Position numbers and translations under genes: made by a program. 64,000 nucleotides of DNA from Alphaproteobacteria bacterium (GTDB lineage Bacteria; Pseudomonadota; Alphaproteobacteria; Bin95), in contig OZ219786.1 of the NCBI GenBank assembly GCA_964291285.2, positions 352,001 to 416,000 of the forward strand, given 5' to 3'. The stretch's first letter is position 1. Each line of letters opens with the position of its first letter. This document shows, in pieces, positions 41,686-51,880 of this stretch. Under the pieces are notes generated by a model. It searched no databases. It had not been told where the DNA came from and saw nothing but the letters and a program-made list of their open reading frames with translations.

Positions 41686-42690
41686 CCTGCGATGAGTAGT
41701 TGATATGGGATGGGTTGTGTTCTGACGGCGCTGTGAATGAAGCGTGGGATCATGGAGTTGAGTTGGTATCGTCGGTTGTATCGCCATGCGAAGCTGGCGA
41801 GATAGCGTTCGGCATGGTCGGGACCGAGCTTTCGGTAGGTTCCGGCGATGGCGCTCTTGATGTTGCCGAGGGTCGTGTTGACCCATTTGAAGGAGGCCAT
41901 GCGGGCTGCCCGGCGGCCTGAGCCGGTGCGGATGGCCCGGTGGCTTGCGGCGATGCCGTCGAGGGCGTTCCAGCAGTGCAGGGCATCGGTGACGACCTCC
42001 GTCCCCGGGGCCAGCCAGCGTTTGGCGCCGCGCGCGATCTCGCGCTTGCGGAAGCCCTTGACCGGGGCGAGCTTGACCTTGCGCGGAGCCCCTTCGGCGC
42101 TGGTCGAGACCGCCGCCACGAAGGGCGTCTTGCCCGGCGCGCCCCGGCCGCGCTTGCCGCCTGAGCGCGACCCGCCGAGCCAGGCGTCGTCCATCTCGAC
42201 CCGTCCTTCGAGCCGCGTGTCGGCTTCGCGCCGGGCCATCACCGCCATGATCTTCTGCTTCATGCTCCAGGCGGTCGGCTGCCTGACCCCGAGGCGGCGA
42301 CCGAGTTCCACCGACGAAATGCCGTTCTTCGCCGTCACCACAAGGTGGATCGCCGCAAACCACAACGTCAGGGGCAGCTTGGTCGAGTGGAAGATCGTCC
42401 CCGACGTCACCGAAACCTGCTTCTTGCAGCGGTTGCACTGGTAAAGCCTGCGCCCGGCAAGAATGCAGTGCCCCCGATGCCCGCAGGAGCCGCACTCGAA
42501 ACCGTTCGGCCAGCGCAATCGGGCTAGCACCGCACGGCACTGATCCTCCGTGCCGAACGACGCTCGGAACGCATCGTCGCTCAAGCCACGAACACGCGAT
42601 GCAACCTTGAATGCCATATCCATGACCTCCCGATAACAGAAACCCTTCCAAACCTACAATCTCATAAGATGACTCTCAAGAATAAGCAGG
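41664..42690 (-). mobile_element. IS1595-family element; transposase 41682-42623
   Basis: TIRs CCTGCTTATTCT / AGAATAAGCAGG, 8-bp TSD AAAGGCTA (41656-41663 and 42691-42698). Zn ribbon CGSC/CNRC, VEMDDAW, VTD and WRYNRR. Confidence 0.93.
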
Positions 42691-43519
42691 AAAGGCTAAC
42701 TTCTCCGCTGTCGCCATCACGTTCTCCCAACCAGCACCGGTGGATGGAACAAGGGCCGAAGGCCCGATGGCGACACCTTCTACTCAGTCCCGCGCCTCAA
42801 CGCGACGCGCCCGAAAACCAGCCCGCGCACGGCCATGGGGTGGAAATCCACAAAACCCTTCCCGCCAAGCCGCAAAAACCCCGGAAATCAGCCATCCTGA
42901 CGGGGTAAGAAAAATCTCAAACCTCCGCAATGCCTTGCTCAGAAAGCACTTCCAAACAGCGCACACGCCTCAGCATATGGTCTTGAGATGAAAAGGCATA
43001 TAACCATGCTGGCAGGTGAGGAGAAATGATGCATATGGGTGTAACAGGAAATTGAACCCGGTATGCGGGAATGATCCGGACAGGGTGAGGAACCATGATG
43101 ATTGTACAGCAAGGCATATGGGGGAAACTATATGGACAATTGATTGGAACAGGGTTACGGTCCATCATGATTCTATGGGTATGTAAGTGAAACATACCTT
43201 GCTGGTACCGTATGAGAGTGGATTCCATGGACAGGGGCAGCGCACGGGACCGTTGCGGAGGCCGGCAGATGGCGGCGAGGTCCCGGAGACGGAAAAGGAA
43301 TGCGTTGCGGCGTGACGCCGGGCGATGCAGGCCGGCCGTTCGTGCGGGAGACAACCGGAACCGGACGGCTGCGGGTCGCCGGTCTTTCGGTGCAAGCGAT
43401 ACGCGCCTGGCAGGCATGGACGCTTCCGACGGGCGGCGGGTCCGGAGCGGACGGGAGGCGGGCTTCCGGCCGAAGTCGATACCGGCAGCCGCGGCCGCTT
43501 TCTGCCGGAAGGAAACGGC

Positions 43520-43852
43520 ATGAAGCTGGCGAAACAGCGTTGCTTCTACTGTTCCCCGGAAGTGTGGGAACGGATCCGCAGGCGTGCAGGGAAAGCGAAG
43601 CTGAAGGTGTCGCGCTTCATATGGCTCTGCTGCCGGCAGGCAGGCGAGGGAGACGGCGGCGCCCGCCCGGACGCCGCCGGGCATCCCGTTGTGCTGACGC
43701 AGGAGGAACAGCGCCGCCTTCACGAGAACGCCCGCAGGCTGTGCGGCGCCGGTCGTCTTTCGGTTCGGGCTCCGGGAGGCGGAGAGGCGAGCGTCACGTT
43801 CGGCGAGGCGGTGCGTTTCCTGCGCCTTGCCGAACGGGGGGACAGGGCATGA
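43520..43852 (+). CDS. Putative ribbon-helix-helix DNA-binding protein
   Basis: MKLAKQRCFYCSPEVWERIRRRAGKAKLKVSRFI: beta-strand plus two helices, RHH-like. Confidence 0.55.
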   Translation: MKLAKQRCFYCSPEVWERIRRRAGKAKLKVSRFIWLCCRQAGEGDGGARPDAAGHPVVLTQEEQRRLHENARRLCGAGRLSVRAPGGGEASVTFGEAVRFLRLAERGDRA

Positions 43853-44334
43853 ACCGCACGGTCTCGCTGACCGACGGGGAGTGGGGTTCGATCGGGCAAT
43901 GGTCGGCCGCCCGCGGCAAGTCGAGGGCGCAATGGATGCGCGAATGCGCGCTGACGGTGGACCTGCCGGCGAAGAAGGCCGTGGCCCGGCCTCTGGTGCT
44001 GGACGCCGGGGAACAGCGCTGCATTTCCCGCACGGTCGGGGATTTGGCGGGCTGGCTGTCTTCTTCGGGAAACGAAGCGGGCGGGACCCCCGGAGACGAC
44101 CTGCGGGCATTGCTGGCGGCGCGGCTCCGGACCATGGCCGGGGACGGCCGGCGCGAGGCCGCGGTCGAACTGCTTCGCCATGTGTTCGGCGAGGAACGGG
44201 CAGCCGTGATCGCGGCGGCGTTCATCCCTGAGCCGCAGCCGATGGACCGAACGGATGACGGGTCATCGGAAACCCGCCCGGACGATCATTCCGGGCGGAA
44301 ACCGGCACCCCAGCACAACCTGTTCGATGACTGA
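43849..44334 (+). CDS. Putative ribbon-helix-helix protein (MobC/CopG-like)
   Basis: MNRTVSLTDGEWGSIGQWSAARGKSRAQWMRECAL; ATGA overlap with the previous gene. Confidence 0.55.
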   Translation: MNRTVSLTDGEWGSIGQWSAARGKSRAQWMRECALTVDLPAKKAVARPLVLDAGEQRCISRTVGDLAGWLSSSGNEAGGTPGDDLRALLAARLRTMAGDGRREAAVELLRHVFGEERAAVIAAAFIPEPQPMDRTDDGSSETRPDDHSGRKPAPQHNLFDD

Positions 44335-44503
44335 ATGCCGGCGCGACTCCACGCCGAACGGGCGGGTCGCCGCGACGACTTCCGCGCTCTCCCGAGGGAT
44401 GACCGGCCGGCACCCCGGACCCTCGCCGTTGCGCGGACCGCGTTCCACTGCGCGAACGGCTCACGGCAGCGTCGGATGACTTTCGGACGGGCGGCGCATG
44501 CCC

Positions 44504-45718
44504 CAGGGCAATCGCTTTTGGGCCTGTCATGCTGCGGCGCGGATCAAGTTGAGGAGCAAGTCGTCGTTCCAGGCTGCGCGCTTGAGTTTTCCGCGCATGG
44601 CGTCTTTTGTGGGTTCGCGGCGTGCGATGTTGAGGGCGAGGCGTCGGATCAGGGCGAGGTTTTCGGGTCCGTGGTCCTTGCGGTTTCGCTGTCGGTCCTC
44701 GTTCATGGTCACGTCGAGCACCCAGTGCAGGCAGTTTTCGATGGTCCAATGGGCGCGCGCGGCGTGCTGGAAGCGCTCGGGCGCGAGCGGCGCGCTCATG
44801 ATGTAGTAGCGGGTTTCGGTTTTGGTGCTCCTTGCGGTTTCGCGCCTGGCCTGGATCTTGCCGATGGCGGCCAGCCCCGGCCAGTCATGGCGCTCGCGCA
44901 GCCATGCAATCTCGTGGCAGACCGAGGCGCGGCGCGTCTCGATGCGCCCGTGATCGCCATCGGCATGCTGACATGATTGGAGTTTGTCCGCCTGGGCGGG
45001 ATCGTCCAGATACAGGCGCACATCCTCATACAGGCTGCCCTGATTGCCCTTGAGCGCCAGCACATAGTCCCCGCCCTTGGCGGTAACGGCCTCGGCCGTC
45101 GCCCGCTGGGTATGCATCGCGTCCGCCGTCACGATCCGGCCTTGAGCGCCAGCATCTCCAGCAGCTTCGGCATCGCCGCAATCTCGTTGGACTTGTCATC
45201 GACCTTCACCTGGCCGAGCATCAGGCGGGTCCCGGCGGCGAAGGCCTGCACCAGATGCACCGGCGAGCGCGCCGCGGCATCGGCGAAGGAACGCCGCAGC
45301 GACTTGCCGTCAATCGCGATCACATCGCCGTCCAGAACCGCCGCCCAGTCCTCCAGAAGCCGCAGCAGCACTTTCTGCAGGCTGTCGGGATCGAGGGCGT
45401 TGAACAGGTCCGAAAACGCATCGTGGCTCGGAATGCCGTGCTTCAACTCCATGAAACGGCGCAGAAACCCTTCCTTCGCCCGACCGAAACGCTCCATGTC
45501 CGCGCATCCCTCCCCACCGCACAAGGTCGAGAGCAGCGCGATCAGCAGCATCTCGTGCAGAGAGTGGCGCGTCGCATTGCTGCGACGCGGATCCGTAACT
45601 CCTTCGAATACTGACGAAAACTCCTCCATCTCACACCCCAACTCAACAGAAACGGAAACCGGAGTGTGAATCGAAAACGCAAACTCCTAAAAGCTAATCT
45701 TCAAAAGCGATTCCCTTG
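44504..45718 (-). mobile_element. ISAs1-family element with a frameshifted transposase (45629 to 44527)
   Basis: TIRs CAGGGCAATCGCTTTTG / CAAAAGCGATTCCCTTG, 10-bp TSD GCGCATGCCC. GIPSHD, AIDGK, KSNEI, LALKGNQ and HWTIENCLHW. A 1-bp loss near 45140 splits LK(G)RIVTADAM. Confidence 0.92.
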
Positions 45719-45969
45719 GCGCATGCCCGCCGTCTACTGGACCGCCTTGCCGGTTTTGGCGTATGTCTCGCACAAGCGCTGACTGGCGGATACGAGGTGG
45801 GAGCGACGATGGCCGCTGTCTGTGTCGTGACGGCGCGAAGCGGCGGCCTGTCGCCGATGGAGACATGCCGGGCGGTGGTTCACGGCGGTTCCGGAGGGCC
45901 GGGATCGACCGGTGGGCGGTCCGGCGCAACGGGTCCGGTTGACAGAAGCGGGCGGGCCGAGGGCGCGCG

Positions 45970-48900
45970 ATGACGATACCGACGATTTTCGAGTCCTGCC
46001 GCCCGCGCGCCGATGTCCTGGCGGGCGCCGTGACGGAGGCCGATTTCGCGGCGGACCTGTCTCAGGTGGTGGTCGGCGAGGGCGCGGCCGACTATGTCGA
46101 TCCGGCCCGGTTCTTCGCCAATACCTACCCGACGAGGGGTTTGAAGAGCCTTCTGGCCAATGTCTGCGCCCGGCTGAGCGGCGCGGGCGGCGAAGCGGCG
46201 TCGATCTTCCGTCTGGATACCTCCTATGGCGGGGGCAAGTCGCACGGCCTGATCGCGCTGTGCCACGCTGCGGGCGGCGGCGTCGATTTGCCGGGGATTT
46301 CCGAGTTCGTCGATCCCGCGCTTCTGCCCCGGGGCCGTGTGCGCATTGCCGCCTTTGACGGGGAAAACGCGGATCCGGCCAACGGGCGCCGGATGGAAGG
46401 CGGGCATCTCGCCTTTACGCCGTGGGGCGAGATCGCCACGGCCCTGGCGGGCCGGGACGGATATGAGCGGGTGCGCACGAGCGACGAGCGCCGGATCGCG
46501 CCCGGGGCCGAAACGCTGCGTGAGCTGTTCGGCGGCGAACCGGCGCTGATCCTGCTCGACGAGCTGTCGGTCTACCTGCGCAAGGCGGCGGTCCTCGGCC
46601 ACGCCCGCGACCAGTTGACGGCGTTCCTGACCTCGCTGTTCAAGGCCGTGGAAGGCGCGCCGAACGCAGCGCTCGTCCATACGCTGGCGATCGGCAAGGA
46701 CGGGCGGGCGACCGACGCCTACCGGGACGAGAACCGGTTCATCGCCGACGGCATGGCGGAGGCGGAGAGCGTGTCGGCGCGCAAGGCGACACTGCTCAAC
46801 CCCACCGAAGAGGACGAGACGGCCCGGGTGCTCCGCCGCCGTCTGTTCGAGTCGATAGACGAGGCGGCGGCCGCTGCTGCCGCGGACGCCTACCGGGCGC
46901 AGTGGAGCGCCCACGCGGACGCTTTGCCGGAGGCTGTCAACCGCCCGGAAGCCGCCGCGGCGTTCCTTTCGAGCTATCCCCTTCACCCGGAGGTTCTGGA
47001 CACGCTGACGGCGAAGACGGCGACGCTCGGCAATTTCCAGCGTGTGCGGGGCATGTTGCGGCTTCTTGCGCGCACGGTGGCCCATCTGTGGGCGGAGCGG
47101 CCGGCCGACGCGACGGCCATCCACCTGCACCATATCGACCCGGGCCACGAACCCGTCCGGCAGGAGATCGTGACCCGTCTCGGGCAGTCAGCGTTCGCTC
47201 CGGCCATTTCCAACGACGTGTCCGGGGGGCCGGGCGGCAAGGCGGCGCTGGCCGAGGAGATAGACGCCGCGCATCACGGGGGACTGCCGCCCTACGCCTC
47301 CCGTGTCGCCCGCGCCATCTTCATGCACACGCTGGCGTTCAACGACCCGCTGAAGGGGGTATCGCCGGAGCGGCTGCGCTATTCGGTGCTGGGCGCGTCG
47401 ATGGACATCGGCTTCGTCGAGGAGGCGCGCAAGAGGTTCATTGCCGAGTCCGCCTATCTCGACGACCGTCCCGGCGCGCCGATGCGCTTTCTGGCGGAGG
47501 CCAATCTGAACCAGATGATCCGGCGCACGGAAGACCATATCGACGCCGGGGACGTGCGGGCGGAGCTGAATGACCGGATCCGCACGATCTTCAACGGCGG
47601 GACGCTGGAGGCGGTACCGTTTCCGGGCGGCCCGTTCGACGTGGCCGACGAGGTTGGGGACGGTCGCCCGAAACTGGTGGTTCTCGGCTATGAGGCCGTG
47701 ACCGTCGGCGCCTCGGTCGAGGCTGTGCCGGCTTTGATCGGGCGCATCTTTGAGCGGAAGGGATCGGAAGGCACCGCCCTGCGCCTGCTCCGCAACAACC
47801 TGGTCTTCGTGGCCGCCGATGGGGAGCGCGGGGAGGACATGCGCCGCCGGACCCGCCGCCGGCTGGCGCTGCGGGACATGAAGAAGCCGGAACGTCTGGT
47901 CGATCTGGCGGAGCACCAGCAGGCCCAGTTGCGCGAGATGGAGGCGCGTTCGGAGCATGACCTGGCGCTTGCCGTCCAGCAGTGCTACCGGCATGTGTTC
48001 TACCCCTCGCGCCACCGTGTCGGCGGGGGCGACATCGATCTGGCGCATACGGCGATCGACATGCACTCGACCTCGGACCGGCCGGGCGCGGGGCAGCAGC
48101 AGGTCGTGCGGGCGCTGCGTGACCTGAACAAGCTGCGCCTGCCCGAGGACGAGCCGGATTCGCCCGCCTATGTGCGCGACCGGACGCCGCTCGGGAAGGG
48201 GCAGATGTCGACGCGGTCGTTGCGCGACGAGTTCCGCCGCGACCCGGCCCTGCCGATCCTGGCGGGCGACGACATCTTCGTGCGCGGCGTGCGGCGGGGC
48301 ATCGAGCAGGGCGAGTATGTGTATCGGCGCGGCGACCTGCTGTGCGGGCCGGGCGATCCGCCGGCCGCGATCGGGATCGACGAGCAGGCGACGGTCTTCA
48401 CGATGGCCTATGCACGGAATAAGGAGCTCTGGCCGCGGGAGAGGCCGGCCGATCCCGCCGTGGGCAGCGCTGGCGCTGGCGGCGAGGAAACGGAAGGAGC
48501 GGAAAACGGAGGACGGTGCGAGGGCGGGGAGCCTCCCGGCCCGTCTTTCGTCTCCCTGGCCGCGGAAGGCGTTCTTCGCGAAGCGCTCCAGCAACTCTGG
48601 GAGCGGGCGCGCGCGAAGAAGGTGGAGGCGATCGCGGCGCTGACCATCCGCCTGTTCGATGCCGACGACGCCTTCCCGCTTTTCAGTGCGGTGGGCGCGA
48701 TTTCCGGGGCGGAACGGATCGTCACCCTGACCGGAGGGTACGAGACCCGCGGCGGCGGCAGTTTCGAGCTGGAGTTCCGGGGGCCGGTGGCTGATGCGCA
48801 GCCGGTCCGGGAGTTCCTGGAGCCGCAGCTTCGCGACGCCAGCTCTGCCAACCTTGAGGCCGGGTTCGAGTTGACCTTCGAGAGCGGGCTGCCGATGGCC

Positions 48901-48990
48901 GGCGACGCTGCGGAAAAACTGACCGGACGGCTCAGCCGGTTCGCGAGCGGCGCGGCGTATGTTGCGGCCCGGGCGGAGGCCAGGGCGTAG
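45970..48990 (+). CDS. DUF499-family AAA+ ATPase (restriction-like defence system)
   Basis: EADFAADL, FFANTYPT, Walker A YGGGKSH, Walker B LILLDE, SYPLHP and FQRVRGMLR; 1006 aa. Confidence 0.9.
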   Translation: MTIPTIFESCRPRADVLAGAVTEADFAADLSQVVVGEGAADYVDPARFFANTYPTRGLKSLLANVCARLSGAGGEAASIFRLDTSYGGGKSHGLIALCHAAGGGVDLPGISEFVDPALLPRGRVRIAAFDGENADPANGRRMEGGHLAFTPWGEIATALAGRDGYERVRTSDERRIAPGAETLRELFGGEPALILLDELSVYLRKAAVLGHARDQLTAFLTSLFKAVEGAPNAALVHTLAIGKDGRATDAYRDENRFIADGMAEAESVSARKATLLNPTEEDETARVLRRRLFESIDEAAAAAAADAYRAQWSAHADALPEAVNRPEAAAAFLSSYPLHPEVLDTLTAKTATLGNFQRVRGMLRLLARTVAHLWAERPADATAIHLHHIDPGHEPVRQEIVTRLGQSAFAPAISNDVSGGPGGKAALAEEIDAAHHGGLPPYASRVARAIFMHTLAFNDPLKGVSPERLRYSVLGASMDIGFVEEARKRFIAESAYLDDRPGAPMRFLAEANLNQMIRRTEDHIDAGDVRAELNDRIRTIFNGGTLEAVPFPGGPFDVADEVGDGRPKLVVLGYEAVTVGASVEAVPALIGRIFERKGSEGTALRLLRNNLVFVAADGERGEDMRRRTRRRLALRDMKKPERLVDLAEHQQAQLREMEARSEHDLALAVQQCYRHVFYPSRHRVGGGDIDLAHTAIDMHSTSDRPGAGQQQVVRALRDLNKLRLPEDEPDSPAYVRDRTPLGKGQMSTRSLRDEFRRDPALPILAGDDIFVRGVRRGIEQGEYVYRRGDLLCGPGDPPAAIGIDEQATVFTMAYARNKELWPRERPADPAVGSAGAGGEETEGAENGGRCEGGEPPGPSFVSLAAEGVLREALQQLWERARAKKVEAIAALTIRLFDADDAFPLFSAVGAISGAERIVTLTGGYETRGGGSFELEFRGPVADAQPVREFLEPQLRDASSANLEAGFELTFESGLPMAGDAAEKLTGRLSRFASGAAYVAARAEARA

Positions 48991-49457
48991 TGGCGCGGGC
49001 GGAACGGGCGGCGCAGGCGTCCGCGCCGCGTTACGAGTTGCGGGTGCGCCGCCACGGGCCGGCGGACTCTGCCTACGAGGTCTGGCAGTTGCCGGCCGCC
49101 GCCTCGCCGCACGTGGCCTGCGCGCTGCGCGTCGCCGGGCTCAGGGGCCGCAATCTCGACCTGGTGGAGCACCGGGTGCTGAAAAGGCTGTCGCAGGCAG
49201 GCGTGAAGCCGGGCCGGTGGGTCGATGCGGCGGAACGGAGCCATGCGCTGAGCGAGGACCTCGCCCTCATGCTCGGCCTGCTCTTCCGGACGCTGGCGCC
49301 GATGCGCAGCCGCGACAACATGCGCGCCGTGGCGGAAGGCATAGAGGCGATGGGGCGCGAGGAGGCGGCCTACTGGCTGGGCATGGCCATGCACCGCAAG
49401 AACCCGCGCCGGGTACTGACCGCGCTGCGGCGCCTCTTGACCGAGCCGAAAAGGTAA
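48990..49457 (+). CDS. Small accessory protein (DUF3780-like position) of the restriction-like operon
   Basis: GTG overlaps the ATPase TAG. The C-terminus (EEAAYWLGMAMHRKNPRRVLTALRRLL) and gene position match the small gene of DUF499 operons. Confidence 0.7.
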   Translation: MARAERAAQASAPRYELRVRRHGPADSAYEVWQLPAAASPHVACALRVAGLRGRNLDLVEHRVLKRLSQAGVKPGRWVDAAERSHALSEDLALMLGLLFRTLAPMRSRDNMRAVAEGIEAMGREEAAYWLGMAMHRKNPRRVLTALRRLLTEPKR

Positions 49458-49472
49458 TCCGGGAGACTGAAC

Positions 49473-50189
49473 ATGCGCATCAAACCGGAGATCAGCAGCG
49501 TGAGCGTCGTGTTGCTGGGTAATTTCAACCCGGCGATTTTTACTCCCGCCTGGTTCGCTCTGCACGGCCTTTTGCCGGAGGGCGCCGCAGACAATGCGGA
49601 ACTGCAAGTTGCTCATCCGACACTGACCATGTTTTCCACGGAATGGCTTCAGTTCGAGGCCACCACCGACCGCTTTCTGGCCGTGACTCAATCGGCGCCG
49701 AATATTCGGATTCGCGACTTCGTGGCGCGTGTCTTTGGAGAGCACCTCTTCCACACTCCTGTCAACGCGCTTGGTGTCAACCGGGATGTGCATTTCCGCG
49801 CGCCCAGCCAGCGCGCCCGGGATCAGGTCGGCAGAGTGCTGGCGCCGGTGGACCCTTGGCTCCCATGTGTCGAGAAACTCGGACTGGCTCTGGACAGCGA
49901 ATACGGCGGGATGCGGTCTCTGACCATGGTAGACACGCGGCCCGAAGGTCGGCCGCTAGGAGGACAGGTGCAAGTCACTGTGGAACCATCTGTCCGGATC
50001 GACAACGGGCGGTCGGGAATATATGTGAGTGTCAACGATCATTATGCGGCCAACAGCGCCGACGCCAAGGGGAATGCACAACTTCTGGCGTTTCTGGAGA
50101 ACGATTTCGACTCGTCAATCCGGCGCAGCGATGCCATTATCGATCACATCATGTCGCTGGCGAAGGAGGAAGGGGTACGGGCCTCATGA
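49473..50189 (+). CDS. Hypothetical protein (cassette gene 1)
   Basis: GGGAG RBS; 238 aa; SVVLLGNFNPAIFTPAWF, ALGVN and VNDHY; lower GC than the flanks. Confidence 0.8.
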   Translation: MRIKPEISSVSVVLLGNFNPAIFTPAWFALHGLLPEGAADNAELQVAHPTLTMFSTEWLQFEATTDRFLAVTQSAPNIRIRDFVARVFGEHLFHTPVNALGVNRDVHFRAPSQRARDQVGRVLAPVDPWLPCVEKLGLALDSEYGGMRSLTMVDTRPEGRPLGGQVQVTVEPSVRIDNGRSGIYVSVNDHYAANSADAKGNAQLLAFLENDFDSSIRRSDAIIDHIMSLAKEEGVRAS

Positions 50190-50797
50190 TGCAGGCGAAC
50201 AGTTCCACGGCGGCCCGGAACTTCAACCCGCTGTCTGACGGTGAGGGGATTTCAGCCGGGAGATCACAATACGCGACCGTTGCGACCACGGTGTCGGCAG
50301 TGATTGAGATGGTGGCTTCCGCCAAGCGCAAAACAGAACAGGACTTGCTAGGCGGCGAAACCGGGATGTGGCCGAACCCGCTTTCCGACCACACGCGAGG
50401 CCGAAGTCAAACTGTTCCGGTCGTGGATTTCCCGCCGGCAGCGAAGCCCCGCCCCCGCATGGCCACGCTTTATCCGTTGCAGGAATGGGAAGGACATGTT
50501 GTCCGAATCGATGCCGAGGCCGACGGGTTCGTCGCGCGGCTCGTCGACCTGACGGCGGGACATTCTCACGAGAGCGAAGAGGCGGTCATCCCCATGGCCG
50601 AAATCTCTGAACACGACGCCTCCCGCATGGCCGTCGGCAGCATCTTCCGCTGGGTGATCGGCTACGAACGCTCTCCCGAGGGAACACGCAAGCGGGTTTC
50701 GCAGATTGTCTTCCGGGACCTGCCCAGAATGACCGCGAACGACCTTGCGAAAGGCGCGGCATGGGCCCGCAAGGTTGTGTCGGCTCTCGGCTCGTGA
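50186..50797 (+). CDS. Hypothetical protein with a beta-rich (OB-like) C-terminal domain (cassette gene 2)
   Basis: ATGA overlap; 203 aa; low-complexity N-half, then LQEWEGHVVRI...FVARLVDLT...GSIFRWVIGY...SQIVFR. Confidence 0.75.
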   Translation: MMQANSSTAARNFNPLSDGEGISAGRSQYATVATTVSAVIEMVASAKRKTEQDLLGGETGMWPNPLSDHTRGRSQTVPVVDFPPAAKPRPRMATLYPLQEWEGHVVRIDAEADGFVARLVDLTAGHSHESEEAVIPMAEISEHDASRMAVGSIFRWVIGYERSPEGTRKRVSQIVFRDLPRMTANDLAKGAAWARKVVSALGS

Positions 50798-51873
50798 GCG
50801 GGGCGGAAACGCCGCCAGCAGAAAGCGAGTTCGAACTGACGCTCCTTGGCCCCGGTTACGGAGAGAGCATCGTCATGCATGTTGGCGCCGGCGAATGGGT
50901 CATCGTCGACTCCTTCGCCGATTCCGATGGGCGGCCAGCTGCGGAACGATATCTGGAAGGGATCGGCGTCAATCCGGCAGCCGTCGCACTGGTCGTGGCG
51001 ACGCACTGGCACGACGACCACATAGGCGGGATCGCGCGCCTTCTCGAATTGTGTCCTGCGGCGGGCTTCTGTTGCGCGGGCGCCCTGTGCCGGAAGGAGT
51101 TTCTGACGCTGGCGGGCACGTTGGAGGGTCGGCCTTTTTCTGCCTCCGGTTCCGGGTTGCGCGAAATATACGAGGTGTTTTCCCGATTGGCGGCAACGGG
51201 GAGAAAGCCGACCTATGCGCTCGCCAACCGTGTTGTGTTTCGAAGAAAGGCAGGCGCCATTACGGCTCTGTCGCCGGACGACGAGATCTTCCAGCGCTTC
51301 CTGAAATCCGTGGAGCGCCTGATGCCCGATCGAGGCGCGAACAAGACGCGGCTTCCTGACCTTTCTCCGAACGAGGCCTCTGTTGCGCTGTGGGTTGAGT
51401 GCGGCGGGCATTCGCTACTTCTTGGTGCCGACCTGGAGCGGCAAGGCTGGACCGCCGTACTGGCGGACGCGGCGCGGCCGGCAGGCAGGGCTTCGGTGTT
51501 CAAGGTCCCGCATCACGGCTCCGAAAATGCGGACGACCCCGCGGTGTGGGATCAAATGCTCGAATGCGAGCCCGTGGCGATCCTCACGCCCTGGCGCCGC
51601 GGCCGCGGTGCCCTGCCAACCGGGCGCGATGTCGAGCGTATTCTGGCGGCTACGTCGAAAGCCTGGATTACGAACAGGGGTTTGCCGGGGCCGGCCAGGC
51701 CAAGGCACAGGAACACGGCGGTGGAAAGGACCCTGCGCGAAAGCGGCGCGCAGTTTCGCCGTCTGGCGGGCAAGCAGGGCATGGTGCGCTTGCGGCGTCC
51801 CATCACTTCGGACAGTCCATGGGCGGTTGAGGCGTTCGGCGATGCCTGTCCTCTCAAGGACTATGCAGCGTAG
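50794..51873 (+). CDS. MBL-fold metallo-hydrolase, ComEC/Rec2-like (cassette gene 3)
   Basis: GTGA overlap; GYGESI, IVDS, THWHDDHIGG (HxHxDH), NEASV, LLGADLE and KVPHHGS. Confidence 0.88.
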   Translation: MSGAETPPAESEFELTLLGPGYGESIVMHVGAGEWVIVDSFADSDGRPAAERYLEGIGVNPAAVALVVATHWHDDHIGGIARLLELCPAAGFCCAGALCRKEFLTLAGTLEGRPFSASGSGLREIYEVFSRLAATGRKPTYALANRVVFRRKAGAITALSPDDEIFQRFLKSVERLMPDRGANKTRLPDLSPNEASVALWVECGGHSLLLGADLERQGWTAVLADAARPAGRASVFKVPHHGSENADDPAVWDQMLECEPVAILTPWRRGRGALPTGRDVERILAATSKAWITNRGLPGPARPRHRNTAVERTLRESGAQFRRLAGKQGMVRLRRPITSDSPWAVEAFGDACPLKDYAA

Positions 51874-51880
51874 CGCGCTG

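Noticed and set aside
40207-42651. 814-aa ORF that looks like a giant transposase
   Set aside because: Chance read-through in an alternative frame of the inserted IS1595 into the host transposase; the TIRs and 8-bp TSD explain it.
45129-45145. Programmed frameshift in the ISAs1 transposase
   Set aside because: No slippery run; ISAs1 transposases are normally a single ORF, so a 1-bp deletion or sequencing error is more likely.
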